Positions 1 to 13,191 of a stretch of 64,000 nucleotides of DNA are shown here, piece after piece. The notes beneath the pieces were generated by a model, which was not told the DNA's origin, ran no database searches, and saw only the letters and a list, made by a program, of their open reading frames with translations. This DNA is from Octopus vulgaris (lineage: Eukaryota): positions 78,864,001 through 78,928,000 of the forward strand of contig OX597830.1 of the NCBI GenBank assembly GCA_951406725.2, written 5' to 3'. The stretch's first letter is position 1. Every line of letters begins with the position of its first letter. The position numbers and the translations under genes were made by a program.

Positions 1-293
1 TGCATACATACACTGAGACAAACATACACATACAAATTTACTGAAATATTAGAAAAAATCATCATCATCATTACCATCATCATCGTCATCATCTTACACT
101 GACACGATTCCGGTTCGAATGAAGCGGAGACTGACAGGTGAACGGGAGGAGGGACACTGATGCACATACTCGGGGACACACACATACACATACGAAAACA
201 CATACACACACACACAGACACACAAAAAAAAGCAAATACGCATGCATCAACGCGTAGATACAGATGCACAGAGAAGGGAAGGTAGAGAAACTA

Positions 294-351
<58 letters not shown>

Positions 352-359
352 ATATATTG

Positions 360-476
<117 letters not shown>

Positions 477-2007
477 CGAGTTTCTCATTAGGATTAGGAA
501 AGGTTTATGCAAGGAAGATTAAATCTAGGGAAACATCTAAATAATCAACTATAGACAATAAATGTAGGCTTTATTTGGCTGAAAGAGCGCAGATCCTGTT
601 CAGATCTAAGATCTCTCTCTATTGAATTCCAGGTCAGAAATTTTCAGTGATTGCATGCATATGTATAAATATATCTTGAAGAATTGGAAAATTCCGCCTA
701 TTCCTGACTGACTTGATATTCCGCCGGGAATTGAACTCATGACCTTGCGATCGTGAGCCGAATACCTTAACCACTAAGCCACACACATTCACAGTAGTAG
801 TAATAAACGCCAATGTAAACGACAAGACCATAACATTTTGAGCGGTGGAGAGTGGAGAGAAAGATGAAATTAAATATTGATCAATTCTTCGGCGAAGTTC
901 GGACGCACGTTATGGGACGTAACTAAAGCATAAGAAATTTTTTTTTTTCACCGTTCCACAATTTTGGTTATTTCTCCGTGTTGTATTGGACACCAAACTG
1001 TCTTTGGATGGTTCTTGTAGTGTAAAGGTTTTTTTCTATGAGAGTACGTTGCTAAACCATTTCTCTCAACCCTTGTCCCTTTCTATGGAAGAAGAATGGA
1101 TGTGGGGTGAGTGTCGCCACTCCACCTTCACCCATCACGATCCCCATGTCGAAAGAATTAAATGGAGGAGGAAGAGACAGAGGAGGAGGAACAGAAGACA
1201 AGAAGAATGTGAACTATACATACATACATACATACACACATAAATACATACATACACACATAAATACATACATACGTACGTACGTACATACTGACATATA
1301 CTCATTCATACGAACGCAATAATAGAAATTTCGTTTAGGCGATTTCTTTTCACCATTCCAAGCAGAAAAGCTGAAAAAAAGAATAAATAAAGAGCCAGCC
1401 AAAAGCAGCTCATTCGTGTGTTGACTGTCCTTCACTTTTCGCAACAAACAAGGCAATTATCGGCAACAGCCTCGTTCACGTCAATTGTTTTAAACAAAAC
1501 CGAAACATGTACACACACAAAATAATATATAAAGAAAAATGGCGTCCGAGCAGGCGATCAGGCAGCCATTACTAAAAGCCCGTTCCAAAGATATGTTTTA
1601 CCAAGAGTTTAGTGGCTTTTGTCATTGCCACGGTCTTGCATTTCTCCAGCGTGGCTTTCTGTGCGTTAAATCCGTTTTAATTAAAGAGACGGACCCGAAG
1701 AAGACGAAGAAGAAGAAGAAAAAAAATACGTCCTTATCAGTTAAGTAGCAATTGCTTGAGAAATCTTTGTTGGCAGCAGATAACTAAAGCTCGCTCAACC
1801 AAAATGGCGTCGAGTTTTAAAACATCGGGAAAAGAAGCGGTAGAGGAAGGGGAAGAGAAAGAAGGAAGAAGGTTGAGAAAGAGAGAGAGGTAGGGAGGAA
1901 GGTGTTGAGATTGAGTGAAAAGAAAGAATAGAAGAAAAAAAGGAAGAAAAATTATATTGTATAATGCAGCAGCGATTGCAATTGCCATGAGAATGCAATT
2001 GTCTATT

Positions 2008-2216
2008 AGTGTGTGTGTGTGCATATATATATATATATATATTGTGTGTGTGTTTGTGTGTCTATGCGTGTATGTATGCATTCATGTGTGTGTGTGTGTG
2101 TGTCCGTGTACTGTGTGTGTGTCTGTGTATTGTGTGTGTGTGTGTGTGTGTGCTCACACAGTGATATGTCAGTATAAAAGTTCAGACATGCATGAAGACA
2201 CGTATATATATGTATG

Positions 2217-2274
<58 letters not shown>

Positions 2275-2782
2275 CACACACTCACATGCATACATAGACT
2301 TATACATATAAATAGAAATGCATACATACATTTATTCACATGTATACACACGCATACAAATAAATATACCTACGTATATACAAACGCACACAATATATGT
2401 ATAATATGTGTGTGTGCGCATGTGTGCGCACGTACGTGTGTTTATGTGTGTAGGTCTGTGTGTGTGTGTATGTTTGCATATATGTGTATATGTATGTATG
2501 AATGAATGTCTATGCGTGTTTGCATGTATGTATGCTTGTATAAATGAACATATGCGTGAACTTGTATGCGTGTATATAAATATAGATACATGTATGTGTG
2601 TGTGTGCGCGCGCGTGCATGTCTGTGCGTGTGTCTGAACAATGGTGAGTGAGAAAGGAGAGTAAGTAGTGGGGGAGAGCAATCAGTTTCACAGTTTACTG
2701 AAGAAATTAAGACTGAATAGACATTTAGATGGGACCTGTTCGAATGTAATGAACGAAGGATTTATGGAGAATGGCGTACTGA

Positions 2783-2837
<55 letters not shown>

Positions 2838-3071
2838 TGCTATTGTTGTAGTACAGTAGTAGTAACAGTGGGGAGGATGGTAGTAGTATTGGGTGTTGTC
2901 GTTGTAGTGGTGGTGGTGGTAGTCATGTTACTGTTGTTGTAGTTGTTTTTGCTGTTGCTGCTGTTGTTGTTGTTAATGGTGTTGGTGGTGGTGGTGGTAG
3001 TGGTGGTGGTGGTGGTGGTGGCGGTGGTTGTAGAAGTATTTATAATCGCAGTGCTTGTGGTAGTGGTGGTC

Positions 3072-3105
<34 letters not shown>

Positions 3106-3255
3106 AAGTAGTTTTGGCGGGGGTTGGTAGTATTAATAGTAGTAGTAGTAGTAATGATTGTAATAATAATCGTAGCAGTGGTGGTAATGATAGTAGTATT
3201 GGTTGTTGTTAGGTTGATGGTGGTGGTGGCAGAAGTATTAATAATTGCAGTGCTG

Positions 3256-3303
<48 letters not shown>

Positions 3304-3380
3304 ACGATGGTGGTGATGGTGGTGGTGATGTTATTAATAATCGAGTAGGTTGCGGTGGTGGTAGAGGTGGTGATGATAGT
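2008..3380. repeat. Low-complexity block: (TG)n/(TA)n then (CAG)/(TAG)/(TGG)n; similar blocks at 295-475, 6500-8100 and 13750-15320
   Basis: Direct reading. Confidence 0.9.
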
Positions 3381-3859
3381 TAATTTATTGACTTTAGGTC
3401 GATTCTAATTTTCTTAGTCAGTAATTAAATATGGTTTTTAATAGAACTCCTATACATTTATAAATTTAAACTTTCTAGAAGCAAAAAACCCAAAATTATA
3501 AAAATAGTGCCGTACAGTTCAGAGAAGTCGCATAATCTACCGGTCGCTCTAGTATAGCAACACTACCATAGTTGACCTTTATTGGCAGATCTGAAAAGGA
3601 CATCGCTTGTTTCCTGTATCATTTCAGTCCAGTTGGGTGCTAGAATGAATATATTTTAATTGTGTCCTGATTTGGCGCTTTAATTTGAGTAAACGAATGG
3701 GTTAAATGCTGGATGAGGTATTGTCCTCTCAAGCACTTCAGAAGACCATTATAAAGCTGGGGCTCTGCACCGACTAACAAAGGGTTTACTTTCTAGCCCA
3801 GGATGAGACCTCTCGCTATACTACGTTACACGTATACACACACGATCTGACAAGGGATC

Positions 3860-4352
3860 TTATATGGCAAGGAATCGAATCCTGCTGCCACACGTATGGC
3901 CTTCCAGTAGCAACCCTTTCCAGCCAGGGATTAACCATAGTCTCCAGCAGCTTCACATAGCTGTTTGAATTGAGCCTAAGGCTCCCTTCAAAGGTGTGGA
4001 GCAGCATGACGTCAGTCTCCCTGGAGAGACGCCCAAAGGCAAACCACGGTTTCGGGGAACTTGGTTATCGTGATGTCCATATCACGTCCTACATCCCTTA
4101 CATTGTTCACAAAGCATTGGGTAGCAGTCATGATATCGGCATTCTGATACCCGGCGCGAACCATTATGATACAGGTAGCTGTTTTACAGTACTCGGATGG
4201 CTTCCAGTCCTCCATGTCAGCAAACTTTTTTTCAACTGTAACTTTAATCTTTATGCTCTCAAACGCCGTTGACTGTTTATCAATACAGCAAGGTGTTCCT
4301 GAGAAAAGAAAACGTTAAAAAAAATCGTCACGTTTAGTCCGAACACCCTGTA
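3860..4352 (-). mobile_element. maT/DD37D-like Tc1-mariner remnant, internally deleted
   Basis: Translates as YVKLLETMVNPWLERVATGRPYVWQQDSIPCH. Terminus TA-CAGGGTGTTCGGACTAAAC at 4352. Confidence 0.75.
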
Positions 4353-4934
4353 AGACGTGAAGTTCAGGGCTGGAATGCCTCTGATGAAAGTCTACTCGAT
4401 CAGGGCCGATCTAAGGACAAAAACCAGCCACTATGATATTGCACATAAGCTAAAGAGAGAACCGCTAATTTGTGACCCGATCTGTTATAAAGAGCAGTTA
4501 AATCTCCCGCAAATCGTTCTTTACCATTTTTATTGCACTTCAGACTATGCTTCGTATTGCACTTCACTACACAACACCGCTTTGCAGAATCTTATAGATC
4601 TCCAATGCACAATGATATTGCACTTCGCTGCACTACACCACAATGCATTCTCTTCTTGCTCTCCACTGAACTGCTCTGAACTTCAAAATCGTATTGCACT
4701 CCGCTGCACTACACCGTACTTTAGTCTTTTATTGCTCTCCACTGCACTGCACTAAACTGCACAATGATATTGCAATGCGCTGCACCAGATCACGCTGTAG
4801 TTTCTTATTACTGTCCACGGCCCTAAAGTGTGCAATCAAATTGCACCTCACTGTACAACACCACATTCTAGTCTCTTATTACACTCGACTGCACTACACT
4901 AAACTGCATAATCATATTGCATTTCGCTGCCACG

Positions 4935-5232
4935 GCACTCCGTCGGTTACGACGACGAATGCCCCGATTGATCCGATCAACGGAACAGCCTGCTCGTGAA
5001 ATTAACATGCAAGTGGCTGAGCTCTCCGCAGACACACGTACTCTTAACTTAATTCTCAGGTAGATTCAGCGTGGTACACTGAATGTGACAAGGCTGACCC
5101 ATTGAAAAACCGTTACAATTCATTTTTGCCAGCTGAGTGGATAAATAAAGTTTCTTGCTCAAGGACACTTCGCGCGCCGGGATTCGAACTCACGACCTTA
5201 TGGTCGTGAGCCAAATACCCTAACCAGTAAGC
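4935..5232 (-). mobile_element. Third SINE family (head also at about 720-785)
   Basis: tRNA-like head GGTTAGGGTATTTGGCTCACGACCATAAGGTCGTGAGTTCGAATCCCGGC followed by GTGTCCTTGAGCAAG, with no acceptor stem closure. Confidence 0.7.
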
Positions 5233-5518
5233 ACCATAAACTCCCAACAGTATACCACTGTACATACACTACACTTTACCTGAGATGCTACCCTGTGCTA
5301 TACTATTATTTTTTACTTGCTTTGATCATTGGACTGCGGCCATACTGGAACACCGTCTTGTAAGGTTTCTGTCAAGCAAATCGAAACCCAATACTATTTT
5401 TTAAACTTGTTACTTATCCTATTGTTCTCTTTTGTCGAACTGCTAGGTTACAGTGACGTAAGCAAAACAACACCGATTTCAAGCGGTGGTGGGAACAAAA
5501 ACAACACAAAGACACATA

Positions 5519-5519
<1 letters not shown>

Positions 5520-5566
<47 letters not shown>

Positions 5567-6035
5567 TGTATGTATGTATGTATGTATGTATGTATGTATG
5601 TATGAATGTATGTATGTATGTAAGAATGCATGTATGTATGTATATATGAATGTATGTATGAATGCATGTATGTATGCATGTATGTATGTATGCATGTATG
5701 TATGTATGTATGGATGCATGTATGTATGGCTGTATGTATGTATGAATGTATGTGTGTATGAATGCATGTATGTATGTATGTATGTATGAATGTATGTATG
5801 TATGTATGTATGCATGTATGTATGTATGTATGCATGCATGTATGTATGTATGTATGTATGTATGAATGTATGTATGTATGTATGTATGCATGTATGTATG
5901 TATGTATGTATGTATGTATGTATGAATGTATGTATGTATGTATGTATGTATGTATGCATGTATGTATGTATGCATGTATGTATGTATGTATGTATGTATG
6001 TATGTATGTATGCATGTATGTATGTATGTATGTAT
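5520..6035. repeat. (CA)n plus (TATG)n expansion inside a family-2 SINE
   Basis: Direct reading; SINE halves lie on both sides. Confidence 0.95.
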
Positions 6036-7664
6036 GGCGGTTTCTTTCAATTTCCGTCAAACAAATCCATTCAAAACGCTTTGTTTGGCACAGTTTTATA
6101 GTAAAAAACACAGCCCCAAGGTGCCGCGCAGTGGGTTTGAACCCGAGAATACGTAATTGCAAAAGTGAGCTTCTGTACTACAACATCTTAGAAATATATA
6201 CAAAACTACACTACATAAACTGTACCCTATACTACAGTACAAACCTTCCTTGAGCAAAGGAGAGAAAAACAAACAAGGCTGGTTGTGCGACTTGCTAGAA
6301 ATAGCAACCAAATATCATTCCAATCGCATAAAAGAGAGAAACTTTGAAGAAATGTAGTCCTCAATTTCCTGCACAAGGGAAAAGATGGGTGAGTCACGAC
6401 CGAAATGATTTTGGTCGTAGCTGTACCTAATTAGAGATGACCCAGGGTCTAAACAACAACAACAACAAAAACAGCAACAACAGCAAAGTTTCCTCACTTA
6501 CTCTCCCATTCCAAACCACCCTCACCCACTCCCTCATATTCATATCTCCTCCTCTTGGTCTCTTCTCTTCCTCCTTCCTCCGCACTCCAACTCCCTCATC
6601 CTCTCCACCTCCCACTCTTTTGTTTTTCACCTTTTTTTCCTTTCTCTCCCTATCATTCTTCCCCCCACCATCTTCTCTTCTTCACTCTTACACTTTGATA
6701 TCTCACCCTTCCACTCTATCCTGCCATTCTACCCCCCCCGCCTCACATATCCCTACTTCCTCATGTCTCTCACTCCTCCCCCTCACTACTTCCTCTTCCT
6801 CTACTCTCCCATTCCTCATACCGCTTCTTCTACACTCCCCCATTTCCTCTACTCTCACACTCCTATCTCCTTACACTACTCCCTCTCTCTTCACTCTCCC
6901 ACTCTTCCCCGACACCACTTCCTCGTCCTCTACCTCCCACTCCCTCCACCTACTCCTCACACTTAAACACTCCTACTCCATCCTAATACTTCTTCTTCTT
7001 CATCTCCCTCTTACCTTCTCACGCTTCGCCTTCTTCATCTACACTCCCACTCCTCTCCCACGCTACTCCCTCCTATTCCTCAACTCTCCCACTCCACCCC
7101 ATCCCACCTCTTCCTCTTCCTTGACTCTTCTACTCCCTCTCCTCCTTCTCCTCCTCTTCCTCCTCCTCCTCCTCCTCCTCCTCACACTTTTACACTCCTA
7201 CTCTATCCTAATACCTCATTCCTCTTCATTTCCCACTCTTCCTTTCTGACACTTCGCCTTTTTCATCTACTCTCCCATACCTCTCCCACGCTACTCCCTC
7301 CTCCTCCTCCGCCTCTACTCTCCCACACCCCTCCCTCTTCCTCTACTCTCTCACTCCCTCCCCACCTCACCCCATTACCGCAACATGTCACTTATCACAG
7401 CTTATCTATAATTGTACAAGTGTTCCAAATTTCAACACCAATAGCAACAACAACAGCAACAACAACACCCATAAAAACAACATAAGCAACAATAGCAGCA
7501 ACATCAACCGTATTATCAGCGACAACAACAATAAATAGCAGCAAGAATGACAACAACAACAACAGCAGCAACATCAGCAATGTCTGTAATAGCACCCCCC
7601 CCCCCCATGACGTCATGATCTTACTCCGAAACAGTTTTGCACAGCTATTTCATCGATGATAATG

Positions 7665-7723
<59 letters not shown>

Positions 7724-8326
7724 AATTATGATGATGAGGATGAGGATGACGACGACGACGACGATGATGATGGCGATGATAATGATGGTGAAAAGATGAA
7801 GAAGAAAAAGAAATAGAAGAAAAAGGAGAATAACAACAATAACAACAACAACAAAAGAAAGAAAGAAAGAAAGAAAGAAAGACAGTATTTGTTGTGGTAG
7901 TGGCGGTGGGAGTGATGATGGTTGAGTTGTGATGGTGGTGGTGGTGGTGGTGGTGGTGGTGGTGGTGGTGGTAGAGATGATGGCTGTAGTGGTGATGGTG
8001 GTAGGATAGTGAGGAATATTATGCATGTATTATATGTAATATATAAATGTGTACACACACGCACGCACACACACGCACGCACACACACACACACACACAA
8101 AATGGAGAAATCACCGTCGGTTTTGACAAAGAAGAGACAGTTGTTCAATCAACAGAATATTCTTTCCCGAAATTAACGTGCAGCACTTGGACAAGTCACT
8201 TGTTAAGATTATCTCAACTGATTTTCTATAGAAATTACAGCCAGCACTAATTTGTTACGACGTTTCATATCCGTATACGCCTAATGTAAACAACAACGTG
8301 ATCGAAGATGGAAAGATAGGTGATGG

Positions 8327-8565
8327 TTGTACATGCATATTTCAGGAATTCTTGATTCCTCATCAGTACCACATCGATGAACTCATTGTACAAGCATATT
8401 TTAGGAATTCTTGATTCCTCATCAGTACCGCATCCATGAACTCATTGTACATGCATATTTCAGGAATTCTTGATTCCTCATCAATACCACATCGATGAAC
8501 TCATTGTACATGCATATTTCAGGAATTCTTGATTCCTCATCAGTACCGCATCCATGAACTCATTG
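8327..8565. repeat. 59-bp minisatellite, 4 copies
   Basis: TTGTACATGCATATTTCAGGAATTCTTGATTCCTCATCAGTACC(A/G)CATC(G/C)ATGAACTCA starting at 8327, 8386, 8445 and 8504. Confidence 0.95.
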
Positions 8566-8704
8566 CTAAATATAGCAGTGGAACGTTATTGGATATAATA
8601 ATTTTACATATTAAACAAATTCCTGACAGCTGGTACATAAATACTAATTACTTATAGGAACAGGATATTTCCTTATGCAACCATAATATATTACAAAGTA
8701 TATA

Positions 8705-9745
8705 CTTTTTTATTCTAAGCACAAGGCCCGAAATTTTGGGGGACAGGGCCAATCAATTAGATCGACCCAGTACGCAACTGGTACTTAATTTATCGACCCC
8801 GAAAGGATGAATGGCAAAGTCGACCTCGGCGGTATTTGAACTAGGAACGTAAAGACAGACAAAATACTGCTAAGCGTTTCGCCCAGCGTGCTAACGTTTC
8901 TTATTTCTTTACTGCCCACCAGGGGTTACACACAGAGGGGACAAACAAGGACAGACAAACGGATTAAGTCCATTATATCGACCCCAGTGCGTAACTGGTA
9001 CATATTTAATCGAACCCGAAAGGATGAAAGGCAAAGTCGACCTCGGCGGAATTTCAACTGCCGAGGTCGATTTTGCCTTTCACCGTTCGGTGTGCTAATG
9101 TTTCTGCCAGCTCGCCGCCTTCTCTGTAACAGTAATATTCCTTTCTACTGTAGGTACAAGGCCCGAAATTTGGGGGGAGGGCACCAGTCAATTAGATCGA
9201 CCCCAGTACACAACTGGTACTTAAGTTATCGATCCCGAAAGGATGAAATGCAAAGTTGTCCTCGGCGGATTTTGAACTAGGAACGTAAAGACAGACGAAA
9301 TACTGCTAAGCATTTCGCCCGGTGTGCTAACGTTTCTTATTTCTTTACCTCCCACAAGGGGCTACACAAAGAGGGGACAGACAAACGGATTAAGTCGTTT
9401 TATATCGACCCCAGTGCGTAACCGGTACTTATTTAATCGACCCCGAAAGGATGAAAGGCAAAGTCGACCTCGGCGGAATTTGAACTCAAAACGTAGCGAC
9501 AGACGAAATACCTATTTCTTTACTTCCCACAAGGGGCTAAACGTAGAGAGAATAAATAAGGACAGACAAACGGATTAAGTCGATTACATCGACCCCAGTG
9601 CGCAACTGGTACTTAATTTATCGATCCCGAAATGATGAAAGGCAAAGTCGACTTCGGCGGAATTTGAACTTAGAACGTAAAGACAGACGAAATACCTCTA
9701 AGAATTTCGCTCGGCGTGCTAACATTTCCGCCAGCTCGCCGTCTT
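8705..9745 (-). mobile_element. Cluster of about 5 tandem or nested family-1 SINE copies
   Basis: The core ATCGACCCCGAAAGGATGAAAGGCAAAGTCGACCTCGGCGGAATTTGAAC recurs at about 8790, 9010, 9230, 9440 and 9620. Confidence 0.85.
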
Positions 9746-9940
9746 TTAAAAGACAATACTGTCTCCTATTATGCAAATAATGTTATTACATCACTTTTTA
9801 AGAAATCCTAAAATATGTCATATTCATACATTACCTATTTTTCCATCTTTTATCGTATCATTCTATATATTAAATATATTCGGATGCGAAACGTCGTTAC
9901 AAATCAGTGCTGGCTATACTTTCTGTTGAAAATCTGTACA

Positions 9941-10335
9941 GGGCGTGGGAGTGGCTGTGTGGTAAGTAGCTTGCTTACCAACCACATGGTTCCAGGTTCA
10001 GTCTCACTGCATGACCCCTTGAGTAAGTGTCTTCTACTATAGCCTCGGGCCGACCAAAGCCTTGTGAGTGGATTTGGTAGACGGAAACTGAAAGAAACCC
10101 GTCGTACATATGTATATATGTGTGTGTGGGGGGGTGTATGTTTTTGTGTCTGTGTTTGTGTCCACCCCGCCAACATCGCTTGACAACCGATGCTGGTAAC
10201 TTAGCGGTTCGGCCAAAGATATCGATAGAATAAGTACCAGGCTTACAAAGAATAAGTCCTGGGGTCGATTGCTCGACTAAAGGCGGTGCTCCAGCATGGC
10301 CACAATCAAATGACTGAAACAAGTTAAAGAGAGTA
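9941..10335 (+). mobile_element. tRNA-derived SINE family 2 with CORE-like CCTTGGGCAAGT segment and internal microsatellite
   Basis: Head GGCG(C/T)AGGAGTGGCTGTGTGGTAAG...GGTTCAGTCCC. Further copies at about 5310-6170(-), 12345-13050, 18226-18598, 24305-24690, 34355-34725, 37010-37482(-), 45136-45540, 47805-48292(-), 55964-56400 and 58900-59370(-). Confidence 0.85.
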
Positions 10336-10944
10336 AAAAGTAAAGATCACCTTAAAAAGTGATTTAATATCACTGCTAACACGAGAGGACACAGTATATA
10401 TTTTGTATTACATTATGGTTGCATAAAGAACGGAATCCGTACAAGTCATTAACTTAGGCAAATGTCATCAACTATAGCCCTGGGCCATCCAGTGTCTTGT
10501 GAGTGAGTTGTGTAAGTAAAAACTATGTGGAAGCCCTTCGTATATGTGTGTGTATGTGTATTTGAGTTTCTGCTTGTTCCCCTCCACCACCACCACCATC
10601 ACTACTTGACATCCGATGCTGGTTTGTTTACGTCTCCTTAACTTTGCGGTTCGGGAAAACGAACAAAAGAATAATTTCCAAACTTTAGAAACTAAATTGC
10701 AAGGATCGGTTTGTGCAACTAAACCTTTCAGGGCAGTGCTCCAGAATGGCCGCCGTCCACTGACTGAAAGAAGAGAGAAATGAAAGATAAAAATATAAAA
10801 TATAAAAAAAGTCACGCACAAAATAAGTTCAATGTTCCCCGGATTTGTCAAAGATATACTTCAAGTTTTCTAAAATTGAATAAAATGAAATAACGATGAA
10901 TACACAGGATTAACAAAATGAATAATAGTAATAGCAACAACAAC

Positions 10945-10945
10945 A

Positions 10946-11005
<60 letters not shown>

Positions 11006-11133
11006 AAGAAGAAGAAGAAGAAGAAGAAGAAGAAGAAGAAGAAGAAGAAGAAGAAGAAGAAGAAGAAGAAGAAGAAGAAGAAGAAGAAGAAGAAGAAGAA
11101 GAAGAAGAAGAAGAAGAAGAAGAAGAAGAAGAA
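10945..11133. repeat. (TAA)n(GAA)n compound microsatellite
   Basis: Direct reading. Confidence 0.97.
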
Positions 11134-11540
11134 GATATAGTTGTCAGAGATCATGAAGAAAAAAAAATGCTTTCTAATTGATGTATCAATACCGGCAGAT
11201 GACAACGTGTCTCTAAAATAAATGGAGAAACTTTCAAAATACAAAGACCTGGAAATAGAGGTAACTAGAATGTGGAATCTAAAAACAGAAACAATTCCTA
11301 TCATAGTAGGCATGATAAAAAAATATTCAGACAAATACAAAACAAAAACACCAGGACTTACAAACACATATAACATACAGAAAATTGCACACATCCTACG
11401 CAGAACACTTTCCATACAGTAACCATCAGAGCACCACAACAAATCACAGCACATACCCAAGGCACACAGAGCTGCGCTCGGTAGTGAAGTGAAAGCACGC
11501 TATAAAAATAAAACTACTGAATAATAATAATAATAATGAT
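11134..11540 (+). mobile_element. 3' fragment of an RLE-type non-LTR retrotransposon (R4/Dong-like) with (TAA)n tail
   Basis: DIVVRDHEEKK/CFLIDVSIPADDNVSLK*MEKLSKYKDLEIEVTRMWNLKTETIPIIVG (restriction-like endonuclease domain, frameshifted). AATAAA then TAA repeats. Confidence 0.8.
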
Positions 11541-11542
11541 AA

Positions 11543-11607
<65 letters not shown>

Positions 11608-11654
11608 AGGAAGATGTAATATAAATAAAATGTCAAATGTTTCGTTGCATGACC

Positions 11655-11837
11655 ATAATGTATGTTTTCTGCAATCAGAAAACCACTACTTTCAAAAACA
11701 AACGTTGCAAAGCGTTTAGAGTGGAGTAAAAACCTACAGAATTGGTCCCTAGGGCAGTGGAAGATTGTCCTACCCCATATTAAAATATATTTGTTTGAAA
11801 TTTTAAGGTATTTCCATTATTTTGTCCAGCCCCTGTA
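11655..11837 (+). mobile_element. Tc1-like fragment with one TIR
   Basis: AIRKPLLSKTNVAKRLEWSK..WS..QWK.V. End is TTTCCATTATTTTGTCCAGCCCCTG-TA. Confidence 0.7.
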
Positions 11838-12000
11838 TATATTTCTTATTTCTCTCTGTTGTAGAGTTTATACTTAAGACCAACGCGAAGGAGCTTAACT
11901 GCAAAAAGTTCCAAATTCTGAAACAACAAGATGTTTCCTTGCCACACCAAGTGACAATTTCCCCTTGTAAATCTTCTTCAGAAGTATCGGTAACTTTCGA

Positions 12001-12017
12001 CTAAACAAATATATAAG
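12001..12017 (+). promoter_or_regulatory. TATA-like upstream element of tRNA-Arg (CTAAACAAATATATAA, about -38 to -23)
   Basis: The same motif lies at a similar offset upstream of 16792, 18935, 22046, 23374 and (variant) 24959, while the intervening bases differ between subfamilies. Confidence 0.55.
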
Positions 12018-12038
12018 AAGCAGCGTCACATTCTGTAA

Positions 12039-12111
12039 GTCCCTGTAGCGCAGGGGATAGCGCGCTGGACTTCTAATCCAGAGGCCGTGAGTTCGAATCT
12101 CACCAGGGATG
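12039..12111 (+). tRNA. tRNA-Arg-TCT: tRNA-Arg(TCT), intronless, T-stem variant GTGAG/CTCAC
   Basis: 73-nt cloverleaf GTCCCTG-TA-GCGC-AGGGGATA-GCGC-G-CTGGA-CTTCTAA-TCCAG-AGGCC-GTGAG-TTCGAAT-CTCAC-CAGGGAT-G. A/B boxes intact, TTTT at 12125-12128, TATATAA at about -29. Confidence 0.96.
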
Positions 12112-13099
12112 ATTGACTTTCGTGTTTTAGAAATTTTTTTTTAAACTTTCAGCATTATGAAACAATGTTCCTTGCAATGACCATACTGTTGGGAAACGTT
12201 TAGCAATCATCATCATCATCATCATCAGGAATCGTTTGCAGGTTGAATAGAATAATTTAAATCACGATCTAACGCATTCTTGTGCAATTCTTACGCAGTT
12301 AATGTATTCGAAGTCCAATTCATGATATCAACCATTTATGATTTAGGCGTAGGAGTGGCTGTGTGGTAAGTAGCTTGCTTACCAACCACATAGTTCCAGG
12401 TTCAGTCCCACTGCGTGGCACCTTGGGAAAGTGTCTTCTACTATAGCAAGTGTGTGTGTGTATGTTTGTGTGTCTGTGTTTGTCCTCCCAACATCGCTTG
12501 ACGACCGATGCTGGTGTGTTTACGTCCCCGTAACTTAGCGGTTCGGCAAAACAGACCGATAGAATAAGTTCTAGGCTTACAAAGAATAAGTCCTGGAGTC
12601 GACTTGCTCGACTGAAGGTGGTGCTCCAGCATGGCAACAGTCAAATTACTGAAACAAGTAAAAAAATTCATACATATATCGTAGCTGTGTGGTAAGAAGC
12701 TTGATTCCTGACCACGTGGTTCCAGGTTCAGTCCCACTGCGTGTCATCTTGCAAAAGTGTCTTCTTCTATAGCCTCGGAACGACCATGTCTATGTGTTCA
12801 TCTTTGTCCCTCACCATCGGTTGTCAAGCGATGGTGGGGGACAAAGACGAACACCACCACCACCATCGCTTGACAACCGATGGCGGTGTTTTGTCCCCGC
12901 AACTTAGCAGATCGGCAAAAGACACTGATAGAATAAGTACTAGCATTGTACTAGCATTACAAAGAATAAGTCTTGGGGTCGATTTCTTTGACTAAAACCC
13001 TTTAAGGTGGTGCCCCTGCATGGCCGTAGTCAAATGAAAGAAAACAAATAAAATGAATAAAAAAGAATATATACATACCTATGTGTGTATGTGCATGTG

Positions 13100-13191
<92 letters not shown>

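Noticed and set aside
720-785. tRNA-like sequences at 720-785, 5175-5232 and other SINE heads
   Set aside because: They have A/B boxes but no closing acceptor stem, and they continue into or match SINE bodies.
1450-1850. Two AAAATGGCGTC (YY1-like) motifs in a non-repetitive island; similar island at about 13430-13740
   Set aside because: It could be regulatory, but there is no adjacent gene, exon or other support in the window.
8327-8565. Possible CRISPR-like array
   Set aside because: There are no unique spacers and no cas genes, and the context is eukaryotic.
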